A stretch of DNA of 64,000 bases, taken from assembly GCA_043812655.1 (NCBI GenBank), contig JBDRLW010000009.1:120-64119 (forward strand), written 5' to 3'. Shown in pieces: positions 18,401 to 27,400 of this stretch. The notes beneath the pieces are model-generated. The model was not told the origin of the DNA, ran no database searches, and saw nothing but the letters and a program-made list of their open reading frames with translations. Every line of letters starts with the position of its first letter. Position 1 is the first letter of the stretch. The DNA is from a bacterium (GTDB lineage: Bacteria; Margulisbacteria; WOR-1; O2-12-FULL-45-9; XYB2-FULL-48-7). A program made the translations under genes and the position numbers.

Positions 18401-21400
18401 TTCTGACAGGTTAAAGGCGCGATCGGTAGCGACGATCTTAAAGTATGAGGAACCTGAGAATGAAATTCTCGGTTCCTCATAAACAATTGTATATTCACCC
18501 GCATTTTGCGCTTCAGCGGTTACCAGAGTCGAAATTAAATTACCAGCCAGATCAAACACTGAAACTTCGACCGACGAGTTTTCCGGCAGCTGATATAAGA
18601 GCTTAGCTTGTTTCTTAACATAATCAACCACCAGCGGCTTCGTCGTAATGACCGGCGGAACGTTATCGACTAAGACAGTATTCGTAACTGTCGCGGGATT
18701 GGTGCCATCCGGATCAATTGCTTTAATTTGGAATTCATACGACCCGTCAAAAACACGATATTTGTTGCCAACAGCTGTTGAACCGGTATATTCGGAATTG
18801 AAATCCCCATACCATCTTAAGGCATGTTCACCTTTAGTTTGGACTTCTTCATTGACCAGGATTTTTATCGCCTTCCCTCCCTCGCCAATGATCGCCGCGC
18901 TGACCTTCACATTATCCCTGGCCAGATAATATTTGATCTCGGTAAAACTATTATTCGGATTGACCGGCGCGAAGGGATCAGGTTCGGCGTAGGCGTAAGG
19001 GACAAGAGTTGGTTCGCGGTCGACGACCAGTGGATCGTGAAGCGTGAAACGTGAAACGTTGCCGACATTGTCTACCACGGTCGCTTCTACCGAGTAAGCC
19101 CCCCCAATGAGCTCGTTGCGTGAGCCGCGGCCATCCCATGTCCAGGAACCGAGAGACGAAGAGACGAAAGGACGAAGGGACGATTTATCCGTCGGATAAT
19201 AAAATCCTTCCGTCGGCCCTTCGTGGCTCCTAAACTCTCTCCTCGTCTCTCGTCCATCGTCCTTCGTCACTATCGTTGTTACATACGCCGGCTCGCTAAA
19301 CTTGTACCAAATCTTAGTTGTATCTTTGACACCATCATCATTGGGAGTAAAGGGATTGGGATCGGCATTGAAGCCAATGATTGTTGGCGGTGTGGTATCA
19401 ACAACAGTTTGGCTGATTACATTATTACTAATGTTTCCAGCCTCGTCGATCGCGTAGACCGTGGTAGAGTAAGCTCCGTCGGCCAGGTGTTCATTTAATG
19501 ACTTACTAGTCACAAGACTCCAATCTCCAGTTAGAGTATCTCGGCGATATAGATTAAACCCATCTTTTATCCAAGATAATTCAACTTCTTTGTTGGCTTC
19601 AGCTGAAATCACCTCATCCACCACTCGACTCGCTTCGCTCGCTCGTGGTCCCCCTTCTCCACTTCGTGGAGAAGGTCGAATATTAAAATAGATTTTCCCC
19701 TTCTCCGAACTCCTAACTCCATACTCCACACTATCGTACTTCCCGTCGCCGTTGGGGGAAAAGGCAAAGAGATTTTGGCTAGCTTCGACAGACGGAGCGA
19801 TGGTATCTTTGACGATGGTTACATCACTAATCGTCCTGATATTCTTATCTTTTTCTAAATGGGAAGAGACAAATATATAGTTATTCCCCTCTTGCAATAA
19901 GTTAACATTCTCAAACTTAAAGTTGCCGGCAGCCGCCTCCGCCGTCAACCGCGCGAAATACGGTTCTTCCTTCGCGGGATCTGGAGGCAAATTCTCTGTT
20001 TTAACATATAAGCTAAGAACCGATCCTGGTTCAGCTGTGCCATAAATCGTCACCTTATCTTTATTGGTTATATAGTTATCCGCAAAAACCATTGGGGCAG
20101 AAAGGGAAAATTTGCCGGGCAACAGCGCGTAAGTAGAAAAATGGTCGAGCGGAGCGTAAAAGGCGTATTGGTGTTCACCGTTATTGATTTCCACTTCCTG
20201 CTTATTCCCAGAAACGATCTGCAGATCACCGCCAGCAGTCACTTGATGGATATTCATCGGCAAACCTAAGTTTGTCCCTGGATTTGGCAATGGTTTATTC
20301 ATATCCCAAAGCCCTAGTTTTGGATCGGCTAGGTCGTCAAACGTGTAAACAAAACGCAAAGTCGGACGCTGGTCTACTCCTTCTAATGTACTTGCCCCGA
20401 GCGAAGTCGAGGGGCTGACCGTGAATTTCCAGGGGGAAGGCTTGATCTCCACTATTGGTCCGGATGTCATGATGATCGGCCGGTTACGAATAAATATCTC
20501 GCTCATCGTCACTGGTGTAATCGTCACCAATTTATCTTGGCCAAACGCCCCTTTAGGAAAACTTAGTTCCGCCCGTTTATAAGTACTGTAAACCTGGCCG
20601 CCTGTAGCATCCCTAACCAGCGTTCCGATCGAAATATCTTGGGTAGAAATAAAACTACCTGACCGGAGTAAAACCGTATACTGTCCATTTAACCGTGAAA
20701 CATTCCACCAGGCTAAGCGCCCGTTTTTACCAGTATCGGATCGTTCAATGGCCTGCCAGGTCTTACCGTCAAAATACGATAATTCGTACGGTTCTGACGC
20801 TGATCCTTCGATCTCAACATAGCGAGATTCAGAAGCATCGAGTTTAAGTTTGAGGGTAAAAGTATCGTCCAGCCGCCGGCTATTTTTATTGATCTTAACC
20901 AGCGCGAGATCCCTATTATCACCGCCGGTCTTATCTTTAATATTTATTTCCCAGCTATCAATCACTACATTAGGATTATCAATGGGGGTTACCCCATCAT
21001 TTTTAAACGGATCATATTTTAAAAATGCATATTTTAAAGCCGAGGCTGATTGGTAATCAGGGCTGACTTTGTAAGAGTTAGCTATTTTGATTTCCCGCTT
21101 GCCTAAAAACTCGTTCTCATTAAAATCCAAAGCCATACTATTTATCTTACCGGCCAAAGGCTGTAAAGTATTATCATCACCTGTTGTCCAGGCAACTCCT
21201 ATTGTGTCCAAATCCTCGGCTCCATACGCCGTATTCTTGTCACCGCTCGCGGGATTTATTTTAATGCCAGGAGTATTACTGGCAACCTGATAATTAACAT
21301 CACTAACATAATTTGGAACTTTTAAAAACTGGCCAAAGCTTTGGCTCGCGCTCCAAATACTCTTCCCAACTCCTTTATCAAACCTCACCTGGCCAGTTCC

Positions 21401-24400
21401 AGTCCGGCTATTATTTGCATCAGCTAACCGCGCCCTAACTTCATCCGCGTCTAGTTCCCACCAGGTGCCGGCAGGTGAAGTTCCCGTATATTTTTGGGGA
21501 TTGGCTAAAAGCTCCGCTTTCTTTGCTTTCCAAATATCATCATATTTATTCTGGTCGGTTAGCGGCCAGCTAAATTCAAACGGCGACGGCGGGTTGCCGC
21601 CTGACGCGTAAGTAAGATTTGTATTAATTTTAATGGTTGAGGAGCTAGTCTCGGTAAAATCCCCGCTTTCCGGCTTAGTGATCGGGATAAACTCAAAATA
21701 CTCACCAGAAAGATAGGAGTCGTAACCCACAGAAGAGGCAAGGGAATCTTTATAGCCGATAAGATTTGATTTTTGCGCTTCACTATTTAGCGCCGCAACC
21801 AGATCACCCCAATTTTTCTTCCCTTGCAGATCGGTTTTTAAATCTTTGTATGGCGCGCTAGGTTTCGCCGTCGGATCAGTAAAAAATAATTTACCTGGGA
21901 AACCTAATCCTTTATTAATGTCAGTTAAATACATGGAAAAGTCTTTTGTCCGTTCACTTTCCGGCGTCTTCGCACTTATAAATCCAAACCAAGGGACAAA
22001 GCGGTTAGTAAGGCGGGAATAAGCGATCGGGGCTTCTAATTGATAAGTTAAGGTAAAATACGGGCTTCTCCCAAAGCTTCGGCCATCTGTCCCCCAAGTG
22101 GGCGTAACTTTAAAAATTCCTTTTTCAGATATTTCCGGTGTGCCAACAAGATATTTTGGAACACTCGAGGACAAAGTAGCTATTTGACTCGCTCCTAAAT
22201 AAGAGGATGCGACTGCTGGGTCATCCGTCGTCGTTGACACCTGAAATACGCCGTTAATAAGCGCTGTTATTGGATAATTGACCTTCCCTAAAATACTACT
22301 GACAGCGGGATTAGCTTCAATCGTAACAACATCCAACACCCAGGTCAGGTCCCCGGCCGGGCGAAAAACCAACGTCAAGTCAATCTTATCTACATGGCCA
22401 TCCGGTTCTCCAACCCCGCGCAAAGCCGCATCGTGAAATTGAAGAACATCATATATCTGTTTTACTTCGATGCTCGGTATATTACTAGTTAAACTAAAAG
22501 TTTGAACGTGTTGTTTGGTTGTCCTTTGGCCTTCTCCCTTCCACCCCTGCAGAAAAACATAGTTATATTTTGTATAATAAACCGTAGCCAGCACCTCAAC
22601 ATTGATATCAACCTGCTTAAATCCCCGATGCATCAGCCCGGCAAATGGGACAAAAGGATAAGCGGTAATTAATTGTTTACCGGTGGCCGTTAAAGTATAG
22701 CTAAAATCTTTTGGCGGATGGTACCAGCCAAGCCCCTTGGCTTCAAAATAGTAAGGCGAATCGCCCTGCGCTATCCCATTTTCCCCGATCGGTGAAAGAG
22801 AAACTATTTTGGCGTCGTTCTTAAATTCTGCCAGAGTAATATTATCAATTTCTTTGGTTTCACTCGCTGACCCATCTTTGGCCGCCACATTTAATTTGAT
22901 CTTATACGTTCCACCTGGCACAACCAAGCCGCTGTCAGGATCCGGATAATTTCCCTTCCAGGCAAAAGTTAATTGATTGTTAGGGTTAGTCGTCCCCAGA
23001 ACTTCTGTTCCATTTAAGAGAGTCGCAACATAGTCGCCGTTTTGTTTTTGGACCGTAGCCGTAACAATTGAGTCTTTAGACACGTTGTAAAAGACTGATA
23101 CCCTATCTATTCCGCCTAAAGCGCTGAATTTACGATCGAGCGGCTCAACTTTTAAATTTGAAAGTTCAAATGGTGTTTTGACTTGGACAATGGCTTCATC
23201 TGTTGCCATCCCCACCCCATCGGCCCCTTCCGCTCGCACCCTGACAATATAAGTTCCATTATCAACGTAAGCGCCGGTATCATATTGGCCGTTCCACTCT
23301 AAAGAGTTCGGAGTATTGAGTTCGGAGTTAGGAGTTGGTGAGGTTTTCCCCATGCTTGTCACATCAACTAATTTCTGGCTGGCGGCGTCGATAATGATCG
23401 GTAAATAAGTTTGGGAATATTTGGAAATTCCCAGATAAACATTGTCAGCGGTGATCGATGGCGAGGTTGGGTCTTCGTCAATCTTTGGCGTGATCATTAT
23501 TTGACCGGATGAAATCTTAAAGTCTATTCCGCTCTCTCCCCCAGCCATTGTTTTATCCCAACTTATTAGAGCGTTAGTTGTAGACGGAGAACAATTAACG
23601 GCATTAATATTTTTCAGCTCTCCCCCGATCGCGATAATGCTACCGGTGAATTTGTGGTTAGAACCATTTGACGACCAGCGGAGATGGTAGCCGGCATCAT
23701 CACTCCAGATAAAGTAACCAAGGTCTGCACCAGGTTTGTAGTCCGGTTTGCCGATAAACGGAGCACCAGCAATGTTGGGAAAATATTTGGAGAAAACGAC
23801 CGCCTCATCCACCACTCGACTCGCTTCGCTTGCTCGTGGTCCCCCTTCTCCACTGCGTGGAGAGGGTCGGGAAGGCTTGATAATTTCTATATAAATATTG
23901 GCTGGTTTAATGCTGTTGATAAAACCGAGTGGCAGTTTAACAGAATCGTCACCTTTAAATTCGACCGATGATAGAACAGGATTTAACTTAACATAGGGAT
24001 TTTGAAGTGATGAAGTTGTAAAGCTATCATTATTTACCTTGACCGTTCTCGTCGCGCTAAGTGTTTCACCGTTCTCCTCGTTAACTTCAACTTTAATCGT
24101 GTAATCGCCGTTCGCAAGATTGTTCGTGTACAAATATGCTAATGTCGAATTATTTTGCAGTGGCCTGATGGAAATATTTTTGGGCCCTTGAGGGTCGCGA
24201 TTGGTTTGGGGGACTTCAATGAAATCTGACTGCCAGCCATCAACCCTCACCCCCGTCCCCTCTCCCAAAGGGAGAGGGGTGGAGCTTGTTCCTTTCCTAT
24301 AATATACTCGATAATCCTTAAATGGCTTATCATTTGTCCAGTCGGGATCTATGGCGGTACCGCGGATGGAGATCGTCCCAGCCACTTCCGTATTATCATC

Positions 24401-27400
24401 CAAGGGATATGAGATGACCGGCGCTATCCCATCTTTAACGCATGAGGCGTAAGCGATCCCAACGTTCCCATAATCATCTTCGGCAATGATCTGGAAACGA
24501 TAAGCCCCCTTAGGTTGGTCGCTCCCATTCCAAGCGACATTATTAGCTGCTGTGTTGGAAGCTGGCGCCGAGGGGATCGTCTCCACTAATTGGCCAGTAT
24601 TGGAATTATAGATCTTTATTTTTACGCTTTTTGCGTCTGTAAGGCTGTAAGAAAGATTAGTTTTGTAGGAATTATTCCCTATATTTGATAACACATAAGG
24701 ATTGGTAATTTGCCCGAATATTGAGGGCGGCGTCCGATCGATCCGGACAGCTTCAAGCGTTCGCGGCAGGCTTTCATTACCCGCGTCGTCCCTGGCGATC
24801 ACTTCTACCCGATGGAGGCCATCTTCGGGGCCTTTAGTGAACATGTCGTTGTATTTCCAGGTGTAGGAAGCGAGATAGTTAGGAGTTGGGAGTTCGAAGT
24901 CCCTCGACAGTGCTCGGGGTGGCTGGGATGGCGAGCTTGTCGAGCCATTCGGAGCCGGAAGGGATTGGGCAAGATACGCTGTTGTTGAATTAGTTGTTAG
25001 ATTATTCAGTTTAATAATAACCGTCGATTTTTCGTTTACCTTCGCGGTTAATCCTAGCTCCGTAGTATTGGAAGTCATTGGATTGGGTGAAACGTCAACA
25101 CCTAAAACTGTTGGCGGCGTAGCGTCGATCGTGATCTGCGTCTGGCTGGTTACGGAGTTTCCAGCTAGGTCGGAGGCGGTAATTTTAATTATGTAATTAC
25201 CGTCTACGACCCTCACCCCTGTCCCCTCTTCGCCACTCCAGTTGAAAAAGTTTTCCCCTTTAGAAATCGAGTCGGTGGTGGCGATAGTAGTTACAAGTTG
25301 GTCTTCGGTCTGTGGTCTTTGGTCTGTAGTTTTGTAGAGTTCGCAACGGACAGAGGCGAGGTTTGGCGAGGCTTCGTCGGAAGAAGTGTATTTGATAATC
25401 GCAGGCGCCCTGGGAGAGTATGGTTGCAACGGCTGGATCGCCAGAGTTGGCGCTTGGGTGTCGATAATAACATTAATAACCGCTTGCGAGACGCCAACGT
25501 TACTATTAGCGGTCACAACCAACGAATATTCGCCATCGGGCAATGTTTCTTTTGGTGTATATTCAAAATGAAGATGTTTATCATAATCTCCGCCGCTGAT
25601 CGTCGCCTTCACGTCCGAGGTAACATCAACCTCTTCAGTCCCATTGATCATTTTAGCAGTTGTTATTTCCAGCCCGTTTATCGCGTCTTCGCTGTACGTG
25701 GCTAACCCAAAATCACCGCTAAATGCTGGCTTATTATTTTTAGTATACGTTCCAGGGAGCGGCTTAAGGTTGGAGGCTACAAATGGGATGGTGTTAAGTA
25801 TTATCTTTAAAAGCTGGTTGGAGGTATAACCGACTTTGTTTTTTCCACGGAAAGCAAGGACGTTCTGGCCTTCTGCCAGCTTCAAGCCATCGACACTAAA
25901 ATGTCCCCATTCATCTATATTGGTAATGTTTTTCCAGGCGGCAAAGTTTTCCGAATACTGGAAATACTGCATTTTCTTCGGCATAAAGTCGCGCAGGACG
26001 CCTTCTATTTTAGTTGGAGCCTCTTTAACAGTAATTGCAGTAATCTGCTGGTTTTTCCCGTCGATCACTACCGGTAAAGCGGTCGGATCTTTTCCGGCAA
26101 AAGTATAGCCTTTAACCTCTACGGTATGGGTTGTGCTCAAGGTCGTTATTTTCCCATCCGCTTCTTTTGTTTGGTTAGTCAATAAAACTAATGCTTGCGG
26201 CTTAACAGAGGAGGTCGTTGATGAACCAACGTCTGGCTTATCGAATAAGGCTTGTTCTAATAAGCTGGGATCGCCATCAAGGACTATTTTGTCTTTCATG
26301 GTGATATGAGCAAACATAAATCCCAAGGCTCCATCCTCCTGATCAACGGTAGCAAAATTAGCTACCGCCGCGACAGCTATTCCAATATAAGTAACCGCTC
26401 TGACCGGAGCAGGTAAAAATTGGAACGCAATATCGAGGCCTGCAGGGATGATATGTTCCAATGCCCCCAATTGCGGGCTTCTCATCGTATAGGTAAATCG
26501 TTTTGCATTGGCTAAATTAGCAATCCCTTCCCCTAATTGACTGGATCTCTCTCCCACCAAATCACCGTCACCGAAAAACGGATAACCGGTTAACATTGTA
26601 AAATATGATCCCATAAATCTGCCTTCAAAATTGTCTAGTTCGGGATTAGCAAAAACATTGGCTATACTCGCCATCATTAAAGATATGGGGTTCAATCCCA
26701 CTAAAAATGTTCCCGCCTGATTTAATCTCCAGGGAACGGGCACACCTCTTCCGGCAATTAGACGCTGTTTAACCGGTGTATAACTTCCGAAATCCGCAGA
26801 ATTTAAATTTCGTATAAAATCACTATCCGGCAGTAAATCCATAAGAGCAGGTGACTTATAACGATTCATAAAAGCACGCACCCCGGCATTAACGCTTGAC
26901 GAAACAAGACTATACGCGCCGACAACAGCAAAATATTTGGACAACTCGTCATTGCCATTCATCGCGTAATAAACAGATAACCCAATTCCTCCCAGAAAGA
27001 CTACTCCCTCGTAGAAATGTATTTCCTGTGTATTTCTGGCATAAGAAGCCCCACCAGCTCCCGTGTGCGGAGTATCTATCGTAATAAATTTTTCAATATC
27101 ATCTTGATAATACCGATTCCCCCGCTGGTCTTTACCATACATATATGACATGACTGCGAGCCCCCCCATGGAGTGCCCAAGAACTATGAATTTTTTGGGG
27201 ATCTCGTTGTCAGGGCCTGTTGAATCAATTGGAAATCTTTTTGGTTTACTCAAACTACCTGGCCCATAATCATGGAACCATATTTTAAAATCTTCTTTTG
27301 CTTGTTCAAGCCAGCTATTACCAGTTCCATTTTGACCATTATCTAATCGTTTAGTAATTTCCCATGGTTTTCTTTGGTTCCCATTATCTCCGATATCATC

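Noticed and set aside
18052-25334. Short repeat arrays considered as a possible CRISPR array
   Set aside because: The unit length is 7-8 nt with no spacers, the arrays are only 25-45 nt long and sit inside an ORF, and there are no cas genes in the window.
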